From: Promethearchaeota archaeon
Lineage (GTDB): Archaea > Asgardarchaeota > Lokiarchaeia > Sigyniarchaeales > SOKP01
Assembly: GCA_030599585.1 (NCBI GenBank)
Contig: JAUVNS010000003.1
Location: 64,001-128,000 of the forward strand
Direction: 5' to 3'
DNA: 64,000 nt
Shown: piece after piece, positions 39,987 through 48,823 of the stretch
Numbering within the stretch: the stretch's first letter is position 1
Layout: each line of letters opens with the position of its first letter
The notes under the pieces: model-generated
What the model was told of the DNA's origin: nothing
The model's input: only the letters and a program-made list of their open reading frames with translations
Databases searched by the model: none
Made by a program: the position numbers and the translations under genes

Positions 39987-40016
39987 GGAATTGTCATCTC
40001 ACTGTGTAATATTTAG

Positions 40017-40427
40017 TTATTTTTCCCCCGCTATTTTAAAAAGTTCAGTTTCCCCGTATTTTGTAACTTTAAGGTTGATCAGTGTCATATCAAAAGTAAT
40101 CTCGTTGCCCCTAACAGTTTTTCTTCTCTTTTCTCCTTTTCTTGTGGGCTTATACCCGATCCCCTTTTTTGAAACGAGAATCCTTTTCTTTACGGGACCG
40201 TGAACATCTTTTCTCATAGGGAACCCTGAAGCATCGGAGCCTCCTGTTATTTCAAACTCGTAATTAGGAAACCCAATTAGACCGCCATTAATCGATTCAC
40301 CAATCTTTTTCGTTTCAAAAAGACGTGATTTCTTTTCATCTATTTCAATTAGCTTAGATAAACCTTTTCCGGGACCCGTGTTTCCACCCGAAATATTAAG
40401 CTTGTATACTCTTTTCTCTGAACTCAT
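40017..40427 (-). CDS. rps6e: 30S ribosomal protein S6e
   Basis: ITGGSDASGFPMR, GEKRRKTVRGN. Confidence 0.96.
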   Translation of the reverse strand: MSSEKRVYKLNISGGNTGPGKGLSKLIEIDEKKSRLFETKKIGESINGGLIGFPNYEFEITGGSDASGFPMRKDVHGPVKKRILVSKKGIGYKPTRKGEKRRKTVRGNEITFDMTLINLKVTKYGETELFKIAGEK

Positions 40428-40602
40428 TATTATCGAACTAACAAAAAGGAAATTACTATAAGAAATATCCTAAAATTTAAAAATTTTATTGATTTTGAGT
40501 TAAAGGAACACAAATTATTAATTTCCGGAAAAAAATACAATTTATTTTAAAGATCACCTCCTATTAAAAATATAAACTTAAATTGGGATTTATCCATATC
40601 AT

Positions 40603-41457
40603 ATGACGCAGATTTTTGAAGTAGTAGAAGTGAGGGAGTTCCCATACTTTTTAACCATAGATATAGATGATGTTTCTGTAGTAGGAGAAGTCATTAAAGA
40701 TATGAATAGTCGAAAGGTTTACTTGCTCGTTGATCACAATAAAAAGAGAATTTGGACATACAACGGGCGAAATAGTCCTTTCAAGCTTCAAATTTATGGT
40801 GGAATCCTAGCGGGTATGTTCCGTAAACAATTAAAACTTTTTTACCGAGTGTATGCTCTAAACATGTATTCTACCGAGGCTCCCGAATTTCAAGAAGTAA
40901 TGCTACAATCCGTCGGACCGGGTAGAGCACAATCTATTAACAAAGAAGATTTCCCTAAAAGTGTTATTGATGGAACTGTAGGGGAAATAATCCTTCACAA
41001 TCCAGGGTTAAAAAAAGCGATGGAAAATATAAATTCGTATGCTCAACCGGAAGATCTAAAAAGAATTTTTCTCATTATAGCAGGTAATATTTACTCTGAA
41101 GAAGATGTTCCAGAAGCAATACTCAAAGAGGAGCAATATTCAACTAATTTAGTGAAAATGGGGCGGCTAAACAACGGTTTTACGTTCTTTAGAGATCGGA
41201 ATTATTCTACACGAATAATTGTTAGAAACAGAACGATTCAAGGAATTGAACTGTATGTCAATAGCTATGAAAATTTACCTTCTCTTCGCATCAAATCTCC
41301 AATAATTCACGAAGATAAAATAAGTAACAAGGGAGACATGGATTCGTTGATGAAAGCTTTCCAAATTCCCGATTCATTGCCAGATGAAGAATCAGAGGAC
41401 GAAAGTAGTAATGGCGATGAAAAAGACCGAGAAGAAAATAAGACTCAAAATAATTAG
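40603..41457 (+). CDS. Gelsolin-domain protein with an additional C-terminal domain and acidic tail (Asgard 1DGelX-like)
   Basis: KVYLLVDHNKKRIWTYNGRNS...EAPEF matches the gelsolin-repeat core. A second domain (RIFLIIAGNIY...YSTRIIV...IELY) and a D/E-rich tail follow. Confidence 0.72.
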   Translation: MTQIFEVVEVREFPYFLTIDIDDVSVVGEVIKDMNSRKVYLLVDHNKKRIWTYNGRNSPFKLQIYGGILAGMFRKQLKLFYRVYALNMYSTEAPEFQEVMLQSVGPGRAQSINKEDFPKSVIDGTVGEIILHNPGLKKAMENINSYAQPEDLKRIFLIIAGNIYSEEDVPEAILKEEQYSTNLVKMGRLNNGFTFFRDRNYSTRIIVRNRTIQGIELYVNSYENLPSLRIKSPIIHEDKISNKGDMDSLMKAFQIPDSLPDEESEDESSNGDEKDREENKTQNN

Positions 41458-41476
41458 TTTAATCATAAATGTTGAC

Positions 41477-42808
41477 ATGATTCTTTTAATAAATCCTAAA
41501 ACCACTAAACCTACAGAATTCCAAACTGACTTTTTTAGAGAACCTAATCTTGGAATTTTATATTTGGCAGGGATTCTAGAACAAAATAACATTCCCGTAG
41601 AAATTTTAGATTTAGAGCAGTATTCTGGATTAGAGCCTGAGGAACTAAATAAAATTATCATTGAAAAAATCGAACACTACGAAATAATTGGTATAACATC
41701 GCTGACTAATACCTTTTATCTGACTAAGCAGATTGTTGAATTGATAAAAAAATCTAATAGAGAAAAGATTGTGGTTCTTGGAGGACCTCATGTTTCGTTT
41801 CAATACAATGAAATCCTAAAAACTGAACCTTTAATCGATTTTATATGTATAGGCGAATCGGAAAGGTCATTCCTTGAATTAACGAATCTGTTGATTCAAA
41901 ACCCCCCCAATATAACGAACTCTCAAGCTTTCGGAAGAGAAATAAATGCAATTAAGGGTTTAGCCTATAGGAATTTAGAAGGAAATGTTATATTCACGGG
42001 ACTTCCAGACCCAATTGACATTGAAACAATTCCACTACCACCAAGATACCTCCTGTCCCAGGAAAACTTTTACTATAAGGTAGCAAGCGTGATAATTAAC
42101 AGAGGGTGCCCTAACGCCTGCTCATTCTGTTCTAGGCAAAAATTGTTTCCAAAAACGAGGATTAGAAGTTTAGCTTCAATTTTATCTGAGATCAGAGACA
42201 TAATTTCTTATCAAACATACAACTACATCAATTTTTATGACAATATTAACATCGAAAAAAAATTCTTTCAAAATTTTTGTAGACTGTTTATCGACAACAA
42301 GATTAAAATTCCATGGGGTTGTGAATTACGAGTCGATAGCATAACTGTTGAGGACGCAACTTTATTAAAAGAAGCTGGTTGTAAGCTCATCGCCACTGGT
42401 ATTGAATCCGCTAGCTTAAAAGTGTTGAAAAACAATCTAAAATACCAAGATCCTAAGCGAGTACTTTCAGGAATAAAACATTTGAAAGCTGTAGATATCC
42501 CCATACAAGCATACTTTGTTTTAGGACTCCCTGGAGAAACTGAGCTTACTTTTCAAGAAACTTTAAATTTCATCAAAGAGTTACCATTAGATGCTAATGA
42601 CAAAATAAATTACTTTGTTGCTACACCCTATCCGGGCTCTCGTTTGTGGGATGAACAAGAACATTTTACCATCAATATAATTGAATATGATTTTACTAAA
42701 TACGATTGTCAGCACATAATTTTTGAAACTTCTGATTTATCAGTTCAGAAACTTGAAAAACTGTTTAACATTTCCAAAGATATTGAACAATTCTTTAGAA
42801 GACACTAA
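41477..42808 (+). CDS. B12-binding radical SAM protein
   Basis: ILLINP, PNLGILYLAG, VLGGPH, RGCPNACSFC (CxxxCxxC), GIES, TPYPGS; ATG at 41477. Confidence 0.92.
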   Translation: MILLINPKTTKPTEFQTDFFREPNLGILYLAGILEQNNIPVEILDLEQYSGLEPEELNKIIIEKIEHYEIIGITSLTNTFYLTKQIVELIKKSNREKIVVLGGPHVSFQYNEILKTEPLIDFICIGESERSFLELTNLLIQNPPNITNSQAFGREINAIKGLAYRNLEGNVIFTGLPDPIDIETIPLPPRYLLSQENFYYKVASVIINRGCPNACSFCSRQKLFPKTRIRSLASILSEIRDIISYQTYNYINFYDNINIEKKFFQNFCRLFIDNKIKIPWGCELRVDSITVEDATLLKEAGCKLIATGIESASLKVLKNNLKYQDPKRVLSGIKHLKAVDIPIQAYFVLGLPGETELTFQETLNFIKELPLDANDKINYFVATPYPGSRLWDEQEHFTINIIEYDFTKYDCQHIIFETSDLSVQKLEKLFNISKDIEQFFRRH

Positions 42809-43104
42809 AATCTGGATCGATGGGGTAGGCAATACGGAAATGCCTTGGTAAACTGAGTAAAAGCTACATCTTCTGCATCCATTTTAATCAGTTCACTTAC
42901 GTTTTCCAAAACATCTTTTTGTTTTGTATATAAGTCTGTCTTAATTCCTTTACTCTCAAGATCTTTGATTAATGAACTAAGATTTTCCATCAATACAGTT
43001 CCCCAGTTATCTTTAAAGTTTTTAAAATCTTTCCGGCAAATTTCCGAAACGTATGAAACTTCCGGTTTCTTAGGATATCTCTCTGATGATAAAGCATATG
43101 ACAT
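42805..43104 (-). CDS. Hypothetical protein
   Basis: 99-aa ORF with GGAG upstream; no recognisable motif. Confidence 0.6.
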   Translation of the reverse strand: MSYALSSERYPKKPEVSYVSEICRKDFKNFKDNWGTVLMENLSSLIKDLESKGIKTDLYTKQKDVLENVSELIKMDAEDVAFTQFTKAFPYCLPHRSRF

Positions 43105-43322
43105 TTTTGATTTCCACTCCTCTATTGAAGAATACTAAAGAGCATTCTCTAAGGTATATAACAACATTCATATTTATAATTATTTACACGACATCTTTTT
43201 CATAAAGAGAGAAGGATAATTTTAATAATGGAGAATTAACTCTATTTTAATGTTGTTAAGAAATAATTTGTAATATCTAAAACACATAAAAAAATAAATA
43301 AAAATTAGGCGCAATATTGATT

Positions 43323-44606
43323 ATGGCTAAAAGTGACTACTTTATAGGGGAAGCCCTTTTGGGTGCTGAAGAAAACTTAGCACATATAGATTTAATAATT
43401 GGTTCAAAAGATGGTCCCGTTGGGGTATCTTTTGCAAATGCACTTAGTTCTCCTTCAATAGGCCATGGGGGGCTTTTAGCATGCATAAGACCAAATCTTC
43501 TTACAAAACCAATTAGTCTTGTTATACCTAAAGTTACAGTTTCAAAAATGGAAGAAGCAAATAAGATTTTTGGACCCGCTCAAGCTGCCGTTGCTAAAGC
43601 TATAGCCGATGCAGTAGAAGAAAAGATAATACCCATGAATAAACTGGATGAATGGTTACTTATCGTAAGTGTGTTTATTCACCCCGATGCAAAGGATTAT
43701 AGGAGAATTTATCAATATAACTATAGTGCAACAAAATTAGCGATTAAAAGAGCTTTAAAGAATTACCCACCAATTGAGAAAATTTTCTACGATAAAGATA
43801 GAGCTAAACACCCTGTTGCTGGAATTAGAGTACCAAGGCTTTGGAGACCTCCATATATCCAGGTTGCTTTGGACCACCCAAATATAGACCATCATATGAA
43901 AGTGTTAAAACAATTACCAAAGAGTGACAGAATTATCCTAGAAATTGGAACTCCATTTCTCAAGAAATATGGTATGGAAGCAATAAAAAGAGTAAGGGAA
44001 TTAGCCCCTCAAAAATTTATTGTGGCAGATCTAAAAACCTTGGATGTAGGGAAATTAGAAGTAGATTTTGCTTTTGACGCGACTGCAGATGCTGTTGTTG
44101 CAAGTGGTTTAGCGGCGCCCTCATCTATTGATAAATTCCTTTTAGAGGCTAATCGTTTAGCAATTTATGGGTTTGTTGACACCATGGAAGTAAACGACCC
44201 TATAGCAAAATTGAGTAAACTAAAACAAGTCCCTGATGTTGTTATCTTACATCGAGCAATTGATGTGGAACAAGCTGCTAGTGCAGAATCCTCAGACGCT
44301 GCTCAAAAAGCAAGGTGGGCGTTAATTCCTAAGATAAAAGAATTATATAAAGACGAGAAATTGGCTTCTGGGCGAGATCGCGTTTTAGTTGCTGTTGCAG
44401 GAGGAATTGACCCAAATACTGCCAAATATGCTATAGATATGGGAGCAGATATTTTAATAGTAGGGCGATTTATTACATCATCTAAAGATGTTGAAAATTC
44501 CATGAGGAGATTACTCAATATCATGCCTGGTTATTCTGATATTGACTTAAAGAGAATTCACACGGAAGATGACGATAATTCTGTAAAAAACCCTAAATGG
44601 GATTAA
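43323..44606 (+). CDS. fae-hps: Bifunctional formaldehyde-activating enzyme / 3-hexulose-6-phosphate synthase
   Basis: Fae part: GEALLG...AHIDLIIG, PKVT, FGPAQAAVAKA, VFIHP, NYSATKLAI. Hps part: QVALD, EIGTP, ADLKTLD, LHRAID, VAGGI, IVGR. Confidence 0.94.
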   Translation: MAKSDYFIGEALLGAEENLAHIDLIIGSKDGPVGVSFANALSSPSIGHGGLLACIRPNLLTKPISLVIPKVTVSKMEEANKIFGPAQAAVAKAIADAVEEKIIPMNKLDEWLLIVSVFIHPDAKDYRRIYQYNYSATKLAIKRALKNYPPIEKIFYDKDRAKHPVAGIRVPRLWRPPYIQVALDHPNIDHHMKVLKQLPKSDRIILEIGTPFLKKYGMEAIKRVRELAPQKFIVADLKTLDVGKLEVDFAFDATADAVVASGLAAPSSIDKFLLEANRLAIYGFVDTMEVNDPIAKLSKLKQVPDVVILHRAIDVEQAASAESSDAAQKARWALIPKIKELYKDEKLASGRDRVLVAVAGGIDPNTAKYAIDMGADILIVGRFITSSKDVENSMRRLLNIMPGYSDIDLKRIHTEDDDNSVKNPKWD

Positions 44607-44754
44607 AATTAAAAAAACCTATTTTTTACTTTACCTTTTTTCTCCTAAATAATTTAATATCTTCATAAGGTTAAATCATCTGACTTAAGTTGATTAGGCC
44701 TAAATTTAGCGGATAATCACAGAAATATTTATTAAGAAGAAGGATATAAAACGG

Positions 44755-44770
44755 TTTACAAAATTGTAAA
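44755..44770. promoter_or_regulatory. Candidate palindromic operator TTTACAA-N2-TTGTAAA upstream of 44843
   Basis: Perfect 7-bp arms, located between TATA-like TTTATTAA (44728) and the GGAGGT SD/ATG. Confidence 0.35.
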
Positions 44771-44842
44771 GACTTAAATGTAAAATTTCCAATCAATGAA
44801 TGTCATCCAATTTTTAATTAATTAAACAAGGAGGTAAGTACA

Positions 44843-45175
44843 ATGCCATATGTGTTTATTCATTCATATTTTCCGGGACATATAGCAGAGGAAATTTCTA
44901 AAGTATATCTTGAGGAGGATAAAAAATTTAAAAAGGCTGTGAGAGGTTTGGCAAAAGAAGTTATCGCTAATGCTGTATTGTCAACACCAGAAGGAATGGA
45001 TATTATAGGAGTTCAAGATGTTAAAGAAGGAAACTTAGAAAAGTATTTGATGCTGCAATATGAATCTATGGTACCATATCAAAGGATTGAAGGTTTTAAA
45101 TACAAGATTGTTGTTCGATTAAAGATTACTGAAGCGTTGGGAATGATTGGCTTGAAAGCACCAGAACCATTATAA
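44843..45175 (+). CDS. Hypothetical protein (110 aa)
   Basis: Strong AGGAGGT SD; followed by a T-tract. Confidence 0.75.
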   Translation: MPYVFIHSYFPGHIAEEISKVYLEEDKKFKKAVRGLAKEVIANAVLSTPEGMDIIGVQDVKEGNLEKYLMLQYESMVPYQRIEGFKYKIVVRLKITEALGMIGLKAPEPL

Positions 45176-45456
45176 AAATATAATTTTTTTTTTCAACTCT
45201 TATTTTTTCTTGTAATTTAAATTTATTGGGTTTAATAGTTGGATTTAGACTCAATGGAAACTTCTTTTATATCGGTTAGTTGAGAATGACGAAAAGAATT
45301 GTTATTTTAATTTTAAATATTTAGTATTCTTGCTAAGATTTAACTCTTGGAAATTAGTTAATTCTTGTTTAGAATCTATTCAAAATGGAAAAAAAGAAAG
45401 ATAAAAAATACATCTTTTATTAGATTAGCGGGTTTTGGATTTAGGTCATGCTCCTC

Positions 45457-47712
45457 TCATTTTATTGGTCGGCTGTTAGCCTGGAATATAGGACCTATAA
45501 ACTGACTATATAGGATCGAAAACGCAGTCTGATTGGACACGACGCTTATCATTTCGCCTTCCTTATCAGTCGCGGGACCGAGTATTACTTCTTCTGCGTC
45601 TCGAGTGAGTGCGAAGAATTCCATAGCGCCGCTCAATTGTCGGAACTGAATGTTTCCCAATCCCATCATTTTGCGTATGATATCCCCGTAAGTTCCCATT
45701 TCGAATCTGGAGGTCAACATGAAGCGCACAGCTTTTTTCTGGTAAGCAAATTCGCTGATAACTTGTAAAATTTCAGGAATAACGTAAGGCATTACGATAA
45801 TTATTGAGGATTTAACTCTATATATAGCGTCTTTAATCGCAGCTACTAACGCATCTCGTCCCACTACCTGCCAAGTTGTAATTTCTTCGATTTCGGGAAT
45901 GGAACTTGCAGCTTTATGAATATCACTTAATGTATTTTCATTTTTTTCTGCAATTTCTGTCGCATCGTCAATTGAGTTCATAAATTGGAGCGTAAAATCC
46001 GCTATTGCGTCTTTAATGTTTTGCGTTGTGTCTCTTGTTGTAGCGGTTAGACTACCTTGAAGTGTTTTTGCATTTTCTTCGTATTTTGATTTATGATCTA
46101 TTAACATTTCACCCAAATTTCGATCCAAGTCAGCTGTCTCATCGCCCCATAGATTTATCTCTTCAGTTATTTTATCGGAAACATTTCTTTTCCCACCGAT
46201 AAATTTATCGTCGAGATCCCTAATCCATTCTTCTTTAATTCTTTTGATATCCGTATCGTACTCATTATAATGTCTTAATGAATCTTCTTTGTGTCTAGTA
46301 ATAGCTTCGTCGTATTGGCGGTTGTGAGTTTTTAGCGAATTCTCTAACGAGTCTTTCAGCTTAGTCGTGGTATCAGAGCAATCTTTTACACCACTTTGTA
46401 AAGTACTGTCGATTTCACCTGACATATCGGTTGCGAGTGTTTCTAATTGCACATTTATTGTTTCTTGCGCCTTATGGTCAAGTTCTGTGGTTTCTGTTAC
46501 GACATTATCGTTCTCTTTCGTCACTACATCAGTTACTTCTGTTTTCAGCAAATCTGTGGTCTCTCTTGTATTTTTAACGTAATCTTCACTAGTTTTTGTA
46601 AAATCAGCTTTCATTGGTTCAGTAAATGTTAAAATGTTCTGAATTGTAGTTTCGTGTCGTGCTTTGTACTTTTTCTTCTTTCCCATCCAGAAAAATCCTT
46701 TCTTGCCCATTTCTGCTGTAAAATCTGTAAACCTATTGGCATGCTCTAGTAGATTATCAATAAGCGTTAGAGTCATACTTTTAAATTCGCTGGTTTGATC
46801 TGTTAATACCCTGTGTCTATCATCAACTGTAGCTTTTAGGTTAGTTTGGAGCGTATCAGTCGTGTTTTTGAGATGGTTCAAATGCTCTTTTAACAAGTTA
46901 GAAATCCTTTCTTTAAGATCCACTACAATTTTATCCATTCGTTCTAAATACTTTTCGAGGATTTGTTCCATTCTTGGTTTAAGATCGTTCGCAATAGTCT
47001 GATGTCTATCTACATGATTATCTAAGTTACTTTTCAATTCTTTTTCTAAATCTTCAATTCTTTTGGAAAAATCAGATAAGAGTTCAGCAATTAAATTAGT
47101 TAAAGTACCTTTTGCTTTATTAACGCTAGATTCATTTTCATTTACTCTGGTATCGCAAATATTTTTGTTATTAGAGTTTAGAGTATCCATAATGGAGTGC
47201 AAATTTTCTTCTAAAGTCTTTGAAGTGTCAGTAAAACGATTTCTCGAGTTATTTATCCTATCTCTTTTATTGTTATTTTTGGTATCCGAGTCTTCAAAAA
47301 ATAGGCTAATTTGATCCTCGACCGCAGTTGCCACTTCGCTGATGCTTTTATCTTGAATCGCTTCTAATTTCTCAAATCGATTTGATTGATCAGCTAATAT
47401 TGAATCTTTAGTCTTCGCAATCTCGTCTCTGAATATTTTTGACTCTCCAATGTAAAGTTCAAAGAAAGGCTCTAATGGAATGTATCTGTCGACAATCCCT
47501 GTTACTTTTTTAAGAAAGTCTTTCTCTACTAACCAATTGGTTATCTCCAGAACAATTTCATATGTTAAATCCGGGTGGTCTTCAGTTAGCGATAAATATA
47601 CTTCAGATGAAGTTGCTCGGGGAACTCTTAGGTATACGATGTACACATTGATTTGTTCTTCAGTGAAACCATATCGAGTGAAAACTTCCTTCGTGAATTC
47701 TTTTAAGCTCAT
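45457..47712 (-). CDS. TrmB-like wHTH + ~520-aa amphipathic helical stalk + TrmB/PLD-like C-terminal domain
   Basis: N-terminus YGFTEEQINVYIVYL...LVEKDFL...RYIPLEP. C-terminus TWQVVGRDALVAAIKDAIYRVKSSIIIVMP...TRDAEEVILG. The intervening region has 11-residue periodicity. Confidence 0.8.
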   Translation of the reverse strand: MSLKEFTKEVFTRYGFTEEQINVYIVYLRVPRATSSEVYLSLTEDHPDLTYEIVLEITNWLVEKDFLKKVTGIVDRYIPLEPFFELYIGESKIFRDEIAKTKDSILADQSNRFEKLEAIQDKSISEVATAVEDQISLFFEDSDTKNNNKRDRINNSRNRFTDTSKTLEENLHSIMDTLNSNNKNICDTRVNENESSVNKAKGTLTNLIAELLSDFSKRIEDLEKELKSNLDNHVDRHQTIANDLKPRMEQILEKYLERMDKIVVDLKERISNLLKEHLNHLKNTTDTLQTNLKATVDDRHRVLTDQTSEFKSMTLTLIDNLLEHANRFTDFTAEMGKKGFFWMGKKKKYKARHETTIQNILTFTEPMKADFTKTSEDYVKNTRETTDLLKTEVTDVVTKENDNVVTETTELDHKAQETINVQLETLATDMSGEIDSTLQSGVKDCSDTTTKLKDSLENSLKTHNRQYDEAITRHKEDSLRHYNEYDTDIKRIKEEWIRDLDDKFIGGKRNVSDKITEEINLWGDETADLDRNLGEMLIDHKSKYEENAKTLQGSLTATTRDTTQNIKDAIADFTLQFMNSIDDATEIAEKNENTLSDIHKAASSIPEIEEITTWQVVGRDALVAAIKDAIYRVKSSIIIVMPYVIPEILQVISEFAYQKKAVRFMLTSRFEMGTYGDIIRKMMGLGNIQFRQLSGAMEFFALTRDAEEVILGPATDKEGEMISVVSNQTAFSILYSQFIGPIFQANSRPIK

Positions 47713-48057
47713 AAGATTTTCTCTATTTTTAGATTTTAAAAATTCTGATTAAAATATAATTAATTGAATTCCTTTTCTTTATTTCTATAATATTCTAATA
47801 TAAAATATGTATAATAATATTTTCAAAATTATTATATTAAAACTTAAGGATTAAGGAGCGTCATTTTTTGAGACTTTAATCTTATTCGTAAAAATAATCG
47901 TACGATAAATTCCTTTTATCAAATCTTATTCTAAAAAACATTCCATATTTGTCAATTCTCAATCTTATTTTCATCATTCAATGGGAGAATGTTATTCCTC
48001 AATCCTTTAAATACCGCTTTTATTTGTATTAATTAAATCAATTTAGTGATAAAAAAA

Positions 48058-48744
48058 ATGAAAAAATTAAGTAAAATTCTCTTAGGCACATTTTTCCTAA
48101 TGATTTTATTTTCGACGATTACTTCGTTCAATGTTGTCGCTGTTGGTAATCCCGACGAAACATTTGAAGTTCCAACTGACACGTACCAAGCACAAATTCA
48201 GGAAGGTGTTGCCACAATGTTTAGATTTAGACAAAGAACACAATTGAGACTTAACGCAAGCGTAAATTTAGATGTAACCTTTGATTGTGATGCGTTAAGG
48301 ATTGGTGATAAAGACTTTGCTGTAGAAATTGAAGGCACTGGAGATCTTCAGATGAATATGACTTGTACGGAAGAACAGGCAGAGTTAGGCTTGTTAAACG
48401 GAAATACTTATCAAATAAGAAATCGTAATCGATACCAATACCAAGAAGGATTTGTCATCTCATTAGAATGCAACGGAACTTTTACACAGGCAAGGTTAAG
48501 CATAAGTGCTACTAGCGAAAATTCAATGGGTCAATGGGCTTATTATGATGAAGCAACAGAAGAATGGGTTAGTGTACCAACAACTGTAGAAAATGGTTAT
48601 TTGACTGCCGAAGTATCTCACTTTTCGACATGGACAGTACTCATACCGGACTACACACTAGCAATTGTTGGGTTTAGTATTGGTGGCGGAGTTGCAGCAT
48701 TAATAATAATCGCTTCAGTGTTCTACATTAAAAAGAGAAAATAA
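48058..48744 (+). CDS. Secreted, C-terminally membrane-anchored surface protein with an HFS motif just before the TM helix
   Basis: Signal peptide MKKLSKILLGTFFLMILF; beta-rich ectodomain; LTAEVSHFSTWTVL; TM helix; KKRK tail. Confidence 0.8.
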   Translation: MKKLSKILLGTFFLMILFSTITSFNVVAVGNPDETFEVPTDTYQAQIQEGVATMFRFRQRTQLRLNASVNLDVTFDCDALRIGDKDFAVEIEGTGDLQMNMTCTEEQAELGLLNGNTYQIRNRNRYQYQEGFVISLECNGTFTQARLSISATSENSMGQWAYYDEATEEWVSVPTTVENGYLTAEVSHFSTWTVLIPDYTLAIVGFSIGGGVAALIIIASVFYIKKRK

Positions 48745-48823
48745 TCGACAAAGTTATTTAATAAATAACCAATTTTTTTTTTATTGTAAAAATATTCTAA
48801 CTATCAATTATTGGATTATCTAT

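Noticed and set aside
41384-41476. Overlap of the radical SAM ORF with the gelsolin gene
   Set aside because: The family-typical N-terminus (MILLINP) begins at ATG 41477, so the overlap is an ORF-calling extension.
45400-45459. Selenocysteine read-through of TGA stops (e.g. at the end of the TrmB-stalk gene)
   Set aside because: The TGA codons fall at natural protein ends, the downstream frames look non-coding, and I recognised no SECIS-like hairpin.
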